A stretch of DNA of 64,000 nt, from contig DATKYS010000132.1 in NCBI GenBank assembly GCA_035528375.1, positions 731-64,730 on the forward strand. Direction: 5' to 3'. The stretch comes from a bacterium (GTDB lineage: Bacteria; RBG-13-66-14). Position 1 is the first letter of the stretch; each line of letters opens with the position of its first letter. Below, piece after piece: positions 1 through 7,913 of the stretch. Made by a program: the position numbers and the translations under genes. Below the pieces are notes generated by a model. It saw only the letters and a program-made list of their open reading frames with translations, ran no database searches and was not told the origin of the DNA.

Positions 1-1
1 G

Positions 2-1498
2 CTGGGCGAGATAGAGTCCACCAACCCCTGCGGTGAGCAGCCGCTTCTGCCCTACGAGTCGTGCAACCTGGGCAGTCTCAACCTGGGGCGGATGATGAAG
101 CGCTCAGGCGATTCCCACGAGATTGACTGGGACAAGCTGGCCCGCACCGTCCACGACTCCGTGCATTTTCTGGACAACGTCATAGACCTGAACAGCTATC
201 CCCTGGAGGAGATTTCACAACAGACGCGGGCCAACCGCAAGATCGGCCTGGGAGTGATGGGCTTCACCGACATGCTGGTCCGGCTGTGGGTCCCCTACGA
301 CTCGGCGGAGGCGGTGAAAATCGCCGGGGACGTAATGTCGTTCATCCAGGCCGAGGCTTGCAAGGCGAGCGAGAAGCTGGCCGAGACGCGCGGGCTTTTC
401 CCGAACTACCCCCACTCGTCCTTCGCCCGCGAGAAGGGCCCCAAGCTGCGCAACGCCGCGCTGACCACCATCGCCCCCACCGGCTCCATTTCCATCATCG
501 CAGGCTGCTCGTCGGGAATCGAGCCCTACTTCGCCCTGGCCTTCTACCGCCGGGTGCTCGACGACGACAAGCTCCCGGAGATCAATCCCCTCTTCCGGGA
601 GGTGGCCGAGAAGCGGGGTTTCGCCTCGGATGACCTGTTCAAGAAGGTGGCGGAGCACGGCTCCGTGGCCGGCCTCAAGGACGTGCCCGAGGACGTCCGG
701 CGCATCTTCGTCACCGCCCACGAGATAGAGCCCGCAGACCACATCCGCATCCAGGCCGCCTTCCAGAATCACGTGGATGCGGCCGTGTCGAAAACCATCA
801 ATTTCCCCACGAGCGCCACCGAGGCCCAGATAAAAGAGGCGTACCGGGTGGCCTACGACCTGGGGTGCAAGGGGATCACCGTTTACCGCGACGGCTCGCG
901 CGACGCGCAGGTCCTCAACATCGGCCGGGAGGAGAAGAAGGTCGAGGAGAAGCTGCGTGAGCCGCGCCCGCGCCCCATGGTCACCCATGGCCAGACCATC
1001 AAGATGACCACCGGTTGCGGAACCCTCTACGTGACCATCAACGAGGACGCCGAGGGCCTGTGCGAGGTTTTCGCCCAGATGGGCAAGGCCGGCGGGTGCG
1101 AGGCCAGCCAGAGCGAGGCGGTGAGCCGCCTCATCTCCACCTCCATCCGCGCCGGCGTGGACGTGAACAAAATCGTGGACCAGCTCCGCGGCATCCGCTG
1201 CCCCACCCCCATCTGGCACGGCGGCGAGCAGATTCTCTCCTGCCCCGACGCCATCGCCCGGGCCATCCAGTACTACCTCGACCCCGAGAAGCACGGCTTC
1301 GGCGGACGCGCCGCCAAGCAGATGACCTTCGAGGCGATAGAGGGCAAGGTGCCGGAAGAACAAGGCGACGGGAACAACGGCGGCAAGCAGAAGGTGATGC
1401 TCCCGGTGAAGTCCGCCTGTCCCGACTGCCACGGCCAGCTCTACTTCGCCGAAGGGTGCCTGATTTGCCCGGCCTGCGGCTACTCGAAGTGCAGTTAA
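2..1498 (+). CDS. nrdJ: Adenosylcobalamin-dependent (class II) ribonucleotide reductase, C-terminal portion; 5' end lies outside the window
   Basis: In-frame translation from nt 2 reads LGEIESTNPCGEQPLLPYESCNLGSLNLG (class II RNR NPCGEQ active-site motif), continuing into TTIAPTGSISIIAGCSSGIEPYF. C-terminal CPDCHG...CPACG zinc ribbon. The ORF track Met at 92 is internal. Confidence 0.85.
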   Translation: MGEIESTNPCGEQPLLPYESCNLGSLNLGRMMKRSGDSHEIDWDKLARTVHDSVHFLDNVIDLNSYPLEEISQQTRANRKIGLGVMGFTDMLVRLWVPYDSAEAVKIAGDVMSFIQAEACKASEKLAETRGLFPNYPHSSFAREKGPKLRNAALTTIAPTGSISIIAGCSSGIEPYFALAFYRRVLDDDKLPEINPLFREVAEKRGFASDDLFKKVAEHGSVAGLKDVPEDVRRIFVTAHEIEPADHIRIQAAFQNHVDAAVSKTINFPTSATEAQIKEAYRVAYDLGCKGITVYRDGSRDAQVLNIGREEKKVEEKLREPRPRPMVTHGQTIKMTTGCGTLYVTINEDAEGLCEVFAQMGKAGGCEASQSEAVSRLISTSIRAGVDVNKIVDQLRGIRCPTPIWHGGEQILSCPDAIARAIQYYLDPEKHGFGGRAAKQMTFEAIEGKVPEEQGDGNNGGKQKVMLPVKSACPDCHGQLYFAEGCLICPACGYSKCS

Positions 1499-1594
1499 CC
1501 CCCGTTCGGTGAGGTTTTCTCCGTATCGAGGCCGGCGGGCGCTGACCGCGGATACGATGCGTCGAGCTGTTTTGCTCTATTCCAAGGGGTAACG

Positions 1595-1945
1595 ATGCAC
1601 GAATATGGGGCTTACTGCGGGCTGGACTGCGACGCCTGCGAGGCGCGGCTGGCCCACGTGGACAACGACTTGGCCAAATTGGAAGAGCTGGCCCGCAAGG
1701 CCCGCGAGGAGTGGGGCATGGCCGACGCCACCGCCGAGGACACCCGCTGCGTCGGCTGTTACGGCGACCCGCCCGACCCGCTCATCGGGTACTGCCTCGA
1801 GTGCGGCATCCGGGCCTGCGCCCGGGGGAGGGGTGTTTCCACCTGCGCCGAGTGCCCCGACTACGCCTGCGAGCAACTCCGGGGTTTCATCGAAAAGTCC
1901 CCCGAGGCCAAGGGGAACCTGGAGGCCCGCCGAGCTGAGATGTAA
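1595..1945 (+). CDS. DUF3795-like cysteine-rich (zinc-binding) small protein
   Basis: 116 aa with multiple CxxC/CxC pairs (CGLDCDAC, CVGC, CLEC, CAEC), the typical DUF3795 pattern. Terminator hairpin follows. Confidence 0.55.
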   Translation: MHEYGAYCGLDCDACEARLAHVDNDLAKLEELARKAREEWGMADATAEDTRCVGCYGDPPDPLIGYCLECGIRACARGRGVSTCAECPDYACEQLRGFIEKSPEAKGNLEARRAEM

Positions 1946-2004
1946 ACCGCCGCCCCGTTTCCCGTCTCTGTACCGAGTTGTAACCGTGAAGTCCGAAACA
2001 AGAA

Positions 2005-2027
2005 AGGCGGCCCGTGCCGCCTTTTTA
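2005..2027 (+). terminator. Rho-independent terminator (GGCGGCccgtGCCGCC + T5)
   Basis: Perfect GC hairpin followed by TTTTT directly after the DUF3795 stop. Confidence 0.6.
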
Positions 2028-2040
2028 ATATCGCTTTAAT

Positions 2041-2301
2041 TCAAACTTCATTGACTTCTTGGATGGGGGTACCTGTACCTGAAGGGATTGTAACCACATT
2101 GAATTCCCCACAGTTAGGGCAAGTGAAAGGACTTGTGTTAAAAGTGTTAACTGGGAATATAATTTTACACGCCGGACACCAAGCAGCTGCGTTATTTCCC
2201 AACGCCCAAATAGGAAATGACCTTCTATTTAACAGATTTTCCGGTATTTGCCTGTATGATTCTTGACCTACTGCGCCGTATTTGTATCTCATTCCCATCA
2301 C
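2041..2301 (-). CDS. Small zinc-ribbon protein (CPAC...CPNC), part of a low-GC islet
   Basis: 86-aa ORF with two CxxC pairs 22 aa apart. Lies in a 30-40 % GC segment against a 65 % GC background. Co-directional with and 85 nt downstream of the 237-aa orphan. Confidence 0.5.
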   Translation of the reverse strand: MMGMRYKYGAVGQESYRQIPENLLNRRSFPIWALGNNAAAWCPACKIIFPVNTFNTSPFTCPNCGEFNVVTIPSGTGTPIQEVNEV

Positions 2302-2386
2302 CTCACCTTTCCTTTAGAGTTGAAAAAATCATTTTGTCCTGATAGAGTGCTAGGTAATTTAATGTATGTTTCTGTACAGCTATATT

Positions 2387-3100
2387 TTAGTATCTGTTTA
2401 TGAAATCTAAGAATTTCAAACCAGATGTGTCAATTATATTTGTGTGGTATTTGTTTGTATCATATTTATACTTATCATCTTGAATGTTTTGTTGTTTTGT
2501 ATAACCACCATATAAGAAGAAAATGTGTGTAGAGGTGATTATTGATTGAGCAATGTCGGATGGTAAGTCTGGTAATGCTTCTTTAATTAGTAAATATTGT
2601 GGACTATTAGGTGGATTGTGTTGTAAAAACCTATCATAAATGTCTTTCTGCACTGATATTTCTAAGAGAGTTAGATGTAAACTTGTTAGGCTATTAAGGC
2701 AATGTAAATAATAGTCAGCTAAATCTAATTCTATACGTTCTTTTTTTGATATATTTAAAATAGCATTTTTATAATTATTAATTTTGCTTGTATTCTTGGC
2801 GGTTGTGGCACTTATTAAAACGTCTTCGAAAAAACAGGTGTATTCATCGGTTCGAAGAAAATTATCATCTAATATATGCTTATTCGATAATTCATTCAAA
2901 CCCGCTGCTATTTCGAATAGTAATCTTTTTAATACATCAAATCTCCTTTTAGTAATTCGATAGCTAATAATATTATCTATTGATGAACCAACTATTGGAA
3001 ATGCCGTTATAAGTGGCTTAATAATAGATTCATATAGTTCTTCATGTGGTTTTGATAAATCTCTAAGGTAATCGTATAATTTATTATTTGCTTCTACCAC
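2387..3100 (-). CDS. Orphan hypothetical protein (237 aa), low-GC islet; no recognisable family
   Basis: Long uninterrupted ORF in an AT-rich segment (many Lys/Asn/Ile/Tyr codons), starting 5 nt after the pilQ stop. I can see no conserved catalytic motif. Confidence 0.55.
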   Translation of the reverse strand: MVEANNKLYDYLRDLSKPHEELYESIIKPLITAFPIVGSSIDNIISYRITKRRFDVLKRLLFEIAAGLNELSNKHILDDNFLRTDEYTCFFEDVLISATTAKNTSKINNYKNAILNISKKERIELDLADYYLHCLNSLTSLHLTLLEISVQKDIYDRFLQHNPPNSPQYLLIKEALPDLPSDIAQSIITSTHIFFLYGGYTKQQNIQDDKYKYDTNKYHTNIIDTSGLKFLDFINRY

Positions 3101-3105
3101 AGAGT

Positions 3106-5223
3106 TTACTCCGGGCGGACCAGGTGCGGGGTGACGAATATCAACAGCTCGCGCACCTCGTCGGAATCCGACGTGCTCTTGAACAACAGGCCCAGTACCG
3201 GGATGCTGGATAACAGCGGCACCCCCTGCTCAATCGATTCGGTCTTGCGCCGCAGGAGGCCGCCGATGACGCCGGTCTCGCCGTTCTGCAGCAACAGTGT
3301 GGTGCTGGCCTCGGTGGTGTCCACCTGGAACTCGAGCCCCGGCGCCGGGGTGCGGGACATCTCCGAAATCTCCGGCCGGATGTCCAGGGTTATCTCGTTG
3401 ACCGAGTTCACGTGGGGGGTGACCGAGAGCTTGATGCCCACGTCGTAGAGCTCGACGTAGGTGTTGCCGTTCTCGTCGAGTAGGTTGACGGGGATGCGGC
3501 TGCCGACGAGGATGCGGGCCTCCTGGTTGTCCAGGGTGGTGATGCGGGGGGCAGAGAGGATGTTGGTGTCGGTGTCGGCGGCGTTGGCCTGGAGGGTCGC
3601 CTGGAGTGTGGCGGCGTCGAGGGCCGTGCGGCCGGTGGCGGTGAGGGTGCCGGCGTTGGACGGGGTGTCTATGACCACCGAGTTGCCCCGGAGACCGAAC
3701 TCCCAGTCTATGCCCAGCTCGGTGAGGGTGGTGATGCGCACGTCGAAAATTTTCGCCTCGATCATCACCTGGGCGGTGCGGGCGTCGAGCTGCTCGACCA
3801 GTCGGCGGATGCGGTCGCGGCGCTCCAGGGTGTCGGTGACGATGAGGGAGTTGGTCCGCGGCTCGACCTGAATCTGGCCCCGGTCCGAAATCATGGACTC
3901 GAAGCTGGCCTTGAGGCTGGCCGCCGTGGCGTAGCGCAGGGTGATTATCTCGGTGCCCACGGGCGAGGCGGCCTCGGCCTCGGCCATCTTCACCAGCTCC
4001 TCGGGGGTGTTGACCCGGATGATGGAGCCCTCGACGCGGTAGGAGAGGCCGTGGGCGGCCAGAATCACGCGCAGCGCCTCGTCCCAGGGCACGTCGCGCA
4101 GGGCGACGGTGACCTTGCCGGTGACGTTGGGCCCGGCCACGATGTTCATCCCCGTCTCGAAGGCCAGCATCCGCAGGACGTTGCCGATGTCGGCGTCCTT
4201 CAGGTCCATGGATATGCGCTTGCCCGAGGGGATGGTGCCTCCCCCGCTCGAGCCGCCGTAGCCCGTCTCGGCGGTGTAGGTCTCGGTGGTGTGGTAGGAG
4301 GTGGAGCCGACGCCCGACTCGGCGACCTCGGCGGTGACGTAGGTCTCCACGCGCTCCAGGTCCACGCTGGAGGTGTAGCCGTAGCTCAGGCCGGCGAAGG
4401 GATCGGTCTCCTCGGTGATGACGTCCAGGTAGAGGGCGTTGCCCCGGCGGGTGATGAGGTAGGGGTAGTCGCCGGTGGTCTGGGTGACGACGCGGACGAT
4501 GCGCTGGGGGGTGGTGGAGTACTGTGTGGCGCTGACCTTGACCAATCCGCCCCGGTCCAGGTAGAGGGTCGGCTGGTCGAGGTCCACCCGGGCGCCGATC
4601 AGGTCCAGCACGAAGGTCCGCGGCGATACGGTCTTAGAGAAATCGAACTTCAGCGGCGCGTCGGCGGTAATCTCTATCCGGGTCTTGCCGATGAGCTCGC
4701 GCACCTCGATGTCGCCGACCGCGGCTATCTCCGCCGTAATCCGCTCCTCGGGCCGTCCCCCGGGCGGGGCGGGGAAGCGGACCTCGATGGTGTTGCCCTC
4801 CTTCGTCAGGTAGTAGGGTTCGAACCGGGTCAGATCAATGACCACGCGGACTATCTTGGAGGGTATCTCCGAGTACTGGCTGGAGCGGATGCGCTGTATG
4901 TTATGGCCGGTCTCGACCTTGACCAGGGGGTCGCACTGGTGGACCGAGTTCTTGATGTCCACGATGACCCGGGGCGGGTCCTCCAGGGAGAAGACGTCGT
5001 AAACCAGGGAGGCGTCGCCGGTGATGGTGACTATCTCGTCGCCGCCGGCGTCGGTGGAGAACTCGACGGAGGATACGCGGGGCGCCTGGGCGAGGGCGAT
5101 CGTCGCCGACAGGAAAACGATGAGCAATAACGGGGGTCTGACTCTCACGGCCACTTCCCGTTCGGGGCGGGTATTCTTCCCCTGAAGTATAGCAGAAATC
5201 GAGGGTGATGCAAGGGTGTGCAA
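3106..5223 (-). CDS. pilQ: Type IV pilus / type II secretion secretin (PilQ/GspD family)
   Basis: Signal peptide, N-terminal AMIN-like repeats, C-terminal secretin motifs (GETGVIGGL...VPLLSSIPVLGLLF...ELLIFVTPHLV). Confidence 0.8.
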   Translation of the reverse strand: MHTLASPSISAILQGKNTRPEREVAVRVRPPLLLIVFLSATIALAQAPRVSSVEFSTDAGGDEIVTITGDASLVYDVFSLEDPPRVIVDIKNSVHQCDPLVKVETGHNIQRIRSSQYSEIPSKIVRVVIDLTRFEPYYLTKEGNTIEVRFPAPPGGRPEERITAEIAAVGDIEVRELIGKTRIEITADAPLKFDFSKTVSPRTFVLDLIGARVDLDQPTLYLDRGGLVKVSATQYSTTPQRIVRVVTQTTGDYPYLITRRGNALYLDVITEETDPFAGLSYGYTSSVDLERVETYVTAEVAESGVGSTSYHTTETYTAETGYGGSSGGGTIPSGKRISMDLKDADIGNVLRMLAFETGMNIVAGPNVTGKVTVALRDVPWDEALRVILAAHGLSYRVEGSIIRVNTPEELVKMAEAEAASPVGTEIITLRYATAASLKASFESMISDRGQIQVEPRTNSLIVTDTLERRDRIRRLVEQLDARTAQVMIEAKIFDVRITTLTELGIDWEFGLRGNSVVIDTPSNAGTLTATGRTALDAATLQATLQANAADTDTNILSAPRITTLDNQEARILVGSRIPVNLLDENGNTYVELYDVGIKLSVTPHVNSVNEITLDIRPEISEMSRTPAPGLEFQVDTTEASTTLLLQNGETGVIGGLLRRKTESIEQGVPLLSSIPVLGLLFKSTSDSDEVRELLIFVTPHLVRPE

Positions 5224-5290
5224 CCCCTTCTGACTGACCGCCCCCCGCCGGACGGCGCTTCGATCATACGGACGGGGCGCGTTTTACCGG

Positions 5291-5788
5291 TCACCAGCCC
5301 TCGACGATGCGGTCCACGACACGCTGGGCCAGGAGGTTGACCGACTCGGTGTAGGCCTCCGCCTCGGTCCCGCTCCCCGCGCCGGTCTCGACGTCGTAGT
5401 ACGTCACGCGCTCGGAGAGGGAGGTGTCCCGCCAGAGGTCGCGTTTGGCGTCCAGGTCCCGGAAGACCACCTCGAGCTCCACGGTGAGCTCGCGTTTTTT
5501 CACCGCCTCCTCCACGTCGTAGGCCACGGCGCGGGTGACGTAGCTGGTGATGGTGACCAGGAGGAGGGAGTCGGCGCGCGCCTCGGGGGCCACGGTCAGG
5601 GGCGAGTTGACCAGGAGTTCCTCGATGATGGCGGCGGTGAGCTCCTGCTCGATGCCGTACTCGAATGTGGCGTTGGCGACGGTGGGCACCGCCACCGACT
5701 CGATTCCCGGCGGCAGGTTGGGGCTGAAGGTGTAGCGGCAGCCCGCGGTAAGGACCAGCGCCACGAGTGGAGCGACGATTCTCCTCAC
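5291..5788 (-). CDS. Lipoprotein, LptE-like (LPS-assembly lipoprotein) candidate
   Basis: Lipobox LTAGC, then a Y/F pattern. Length and overall layout resemble LptE. Weak call. Confidence 0.4.
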   Translation of the reverse strand: MRRIVAPLVALVLTAGCRYTFSPNLPPGIESVAVPTVANATFEYGIEQELTAAIIEELLVNSPLTVAPEARADSLLLVTITSYVTRAVAYDVEEAVKKRELTVELEVVFRDLDAKRDLWRDTSLSERVTYYDVETGAGSGTEAEAYTESVNLLAQRVVDRIVEGW

Positions 5789-6450
5789 GGCCGTTCCTCT
5801 TTCAGGAAGTCCACGAGCCGCTTCAGCGCTCGGCCGCGGTGGCTGACGGCGTGCTTGGCCTCCGGGGAATGTTGGGCGAAGGTAAGCTCCGACCCCTCGG
5901 GGATGAAGAGGGGGTCGTAACCGAATCCCCCGTCGCCTACCGGCCGGTCCCCGATCCGCCCCTCCACCTTCCCCACGGCGGCCAGGAGAACCTCCCCCGC
6001 CGGAGTGACCAGGGCGACGGCGCAGGTGTAGCGGGCGATGCGGTCGGAGAATCCCTCGAGCTCGGCGAGGAGCCGCACGTTGTTGAGCGAATCCGCGGGG
6101 ACGTCCGTCGCCGTCAGCGGACGGCCTCCGGGGTATTCTGGATAAATGCCGCGAAGCATTTCGGCGTCGAGGGCGTGGTACCGGGCGGAGAAGATACCCG
6201 GCGCGCCGCCCAGGGTGTCCACGGACAGCCCCGAGTCCTCGCCCAGCCCCAGGTCGCCGAACCTCTCGGCTACGGCGGTGGCCTTGAGGACGGCGTTTTC
6301 GGTGAAGCTCCGGCCGGTCTCGGCAATCTCGAGGGTGCCCGCGGGGTCGAGCTCCAGGAGGGAGACCGGGTGGTACCCCTCGGTTCCGAGGATGTCCCGG
6401 AGCTCGCGGAGCTTGTCGGGGTTTCGGCTGGCGATCAGGATGCGGCTCAT
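5785..6450 (-). CDS. rdgB: Non-canonical purine NTP pyrophosphatase (dITP/XTP pyrophosphatase, Ham1/RdgB)
   Basis: MSRILIASRNPDKLRELRDIL...TFAQHSPEAKHAVSHRGRALKRLVDFL, the full-length Ham1 family pattern. Confidence 0.85.
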   Translation of the reverse strand: MSRILIASRNPDKLRELRDILGTEGYHPVSLLELDPAGTLEIAETGRSFTENAVLKATAVAERFGDLGLGEDSGLSVDTLGGAPGIFSARYHALDAEMLRGIYPEYPGGRPLTATDVPADSLNNVRLLAELEGFSDRIARYTCAVALVTPAGEVLLAAVGKVEGRIGDRPVGDGGFGYDPLFIPEGSELTFAQHSPEAKHAVSHRGRALKRLVDFLKEERP

Positions 6451-6495
6451 GGTTTAAAATAATTCATGCGTTTATTAATTAAATTAATTTTGCAC

Positions 6496-6524
6496 TTGAC
6501 ATTATAAATGTTTCTCGCTACACT
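6496..6524 (+). promoter_or_regulatory. Sigma70-type promoter, TTGACA-17-TACACT
   Basis: Consensus -35 hexamer, 17-nt spacer, good -10, about 100 nt upstream of the DUF2089 start. Implies the real start is the Met at 6628, not the track start at 6508. Confidence 0.55.
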
Positions 6525-6627
6525 TTCTCTCGGACCGGGTGAACGCGCAAAGAAGAAGTCGCCAACCTGGACATTTTACCAGACGCACGGGATCCGTACT
6601 GAGCCAAAATCGTCCGAGGAGCCGAAA

Positions 6628-7029
6628 ATGCCCTATCCCATACCCGGCCACTGCCCCGTCTGCGGCAAGGAGTTCAACGTCACCGAGCTCCTCTGCAAGA
6701 GCTGCCGCGCCACTCTGCGCGGTGACTTCACCCTCTGCGATTTCTGCCGCCTGAGCTCTGAACAGCGCGCCTTCCTGAAGCACTTCGTCGCCGTCGGCGG
6801 GAGCATCAAGGACATGGAGGGCATCCTGGGCATCAGCTACCCCACGGTGAAAAAGCGGCTGGCCGAGCTGGCCGACATCCTGGGCGTGGGGCACCGATTC
6901 CCCCGACCGGACCCCAAACGGGCGGCCGCCGAGAGGCTCAGGTTGCTGGAGATGCTGGCGGCCGGCGAGATGACGGCCGACGAGGTTTCCAAACGGTTCG
7001 AGGAGATGAACGAAGAGGAGGAACGATGA
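6628..7029 (+). CDS. DUF2089-like protein: N-terminal zinc ribbon + sigma-70 region-4-like HTH + C-terminal SHOCT-like helix
   Basis: MPYPIPGHCPVCG...CKSCR...CDFC zinc ribbon. SEQRAFLKHFVAVGGSIKDMEGILGISYPTVKKRL is an HTH. C-terminal ERLRLLEMLAAGEMTADEVSKRF is SHOCT-like. RBS GGAG 8 nt upstream. Confidence 0.65.
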   Translation: MPYPIPGHCPVCGKEFNVTELLCKSCRATLRGDFTLCDFCRLSSEQRAFLKHFVAVGGSIKDMEGILGISYPTVKKRLAELADILGVGHRFPRPDPKRAAAERLRLLEMLAAGEMTADEVSKRFEEMNEEEER

Positions 7030-7406
7030 CCGCCGAGGAGAGAAAGAAAATACTGGAGATGGTGGCCGACGGGACCGTCACCACCGACGAGGCCGAACGG
7101 CTGTTCACCGCCGCCGGACCCGACGACGACACACCGAGGATCGTCCGGGCCGACAACAAGTTCCTGATCATCAAGGTTCATCAGGGCGACAAGACCAACG
7201 TAAACGTGCGCGTACCGCTCGCCCTGGCCCGGCTGGCCAAGATGTTCATCCCCAAGGACATCGAGGTCAACGGCAAGCCGCTCAACGTTGACATGGACCA
7301 GATCATCAACCTCGTGGAGTCCGAGGTCGAGGGCAACATCGTCGAGGTGCACCAGGAGGACGACGACTCCGGCGAGATTACCGACGTGGAAATTTATCTC
7401 GAATAA
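7026..7406 (+). CDS. SHOCT-like N-terminal helix + conserved C-terminal domain protein, paralog 1
   Basis: 126 aa. Start overlaps the DUF2089 stop (ATGA). About 60 % identical to the next gene over the FLIIKVHQGDKTNV...NIVEVHQ...TDVxIYLE region. Confidence 0.65.
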   Translation: MTAEERKKILEMVADGTVTTDEAERLFTAAGPDDDTPRIVRADNKFLIIKVHQGDKTNVNVRVPLALARLAKMFIPKDIEVNGKPLNVDMDQIINLVESEVEGNIVEVHQEDDDSGEITDVEIYLE

Positions 7407-7426
7407 CGGCACTACGGGAGGCAGAG

Positions 7427-7789
7427 ATGAAGTCCGAGGAGAGGCGCGAGGTGCTGGATCGGGTGGTAGGTGGCGAGCTCTCCGCCGAGGAGGCGGACCG
7501 GCTCCTCGTCGGGGACGTCCCCGCCGTGGCCGGGCGGAACAGGTTCCTCATGATCAAGGTCCGCCAGGGGGACAAAACCAACGTGGACGTCCGCCTGCCC
7601 ATCGGTCTGGCGAAAATTGCGAAGTTGTTCGTGCCCAAGCGGATAGACGTGAACGGCGAATCGGTGGACTTCGATTTCGACGAAATCATCCGGGTCGTCG
7701 AGAGCGAGGTGACGGGGAACATCGTCGAGGTGCACCAGGTGGACGACGAGACCGGCGAGGTCACCGACGTGAGCATCTATCTCGAATAG
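7427..7789 (+). CDS. SHOCT-like N-terminal helix + conserved C-terminal domain protein, paralog 2 (tandem duplicate)
   Basis: 120 aa. FLMIKVRQGDKTNVDVRLP...GNIVEVHQVDDETGEVTDVSIYLE. Same architecture as 7026..7406. Confidence 0.65.
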   Translation: MKSEERREVLDRVVGGELSAEEADRLLVGDVPAVAGRNRFLMIKVRQGDKTNVDVRLPIGLAKIAKLFVPKRIDVNGESVDFDFDEIIRVVESEVTGNIVEVHQVDDETGEVTDVSIYLE

Positions 7790-7825
7790 AGCCTTGTGTC
7801 CATGTGTCCGCGACGACGAAATTAG

Positions 7826-7849
7826 GCAAGGGGCTTAAGCCCCTTGTCT
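7826..7849. repeat. Palindromic repeat GGCAAGGGGCTTAAGCCCCTTG (also a plausible bidirectional terminator)
   Basis: Near-identical copy at 56372..56397 and a degenerate copy at 21055..21080. Perfect 8-bp stem around a TTAA loop. Confidence 0.6.
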
Positions 7850-7913
7850 TGTTGGGTTCCGACCCGCCTTTTTCCGCCCCCGCCTCGGGAGCCGCTCGAT
7901 GGACGGCGCCCGG

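Noticed and set aside
215-1432. 405-aa ORF antisense to nrdJ (and many similar long antisense or out-of-frame ORFs, e.g. 4051..5130, 26922..27911, 28330..30309, 33196..35043, 40358..41455, 46770..48137, 56260..57501)
   Set aside because: These are high-GC genomes' characteristic stop-codon-poor shadow frames. Their translations are Arg/Gly/Pro/Ala low-complexity and they overlap confidently assigned genes on the other strand.
6508-6627. N-terminal extension of the DUF2089 ORF from the track start at 6508
   Set aside because: A consensus sigma70 promoter (6496..6524) overlaps this start. The conserved zinc ribbon begins at the Met at 6628, which has a GGAG RBS.
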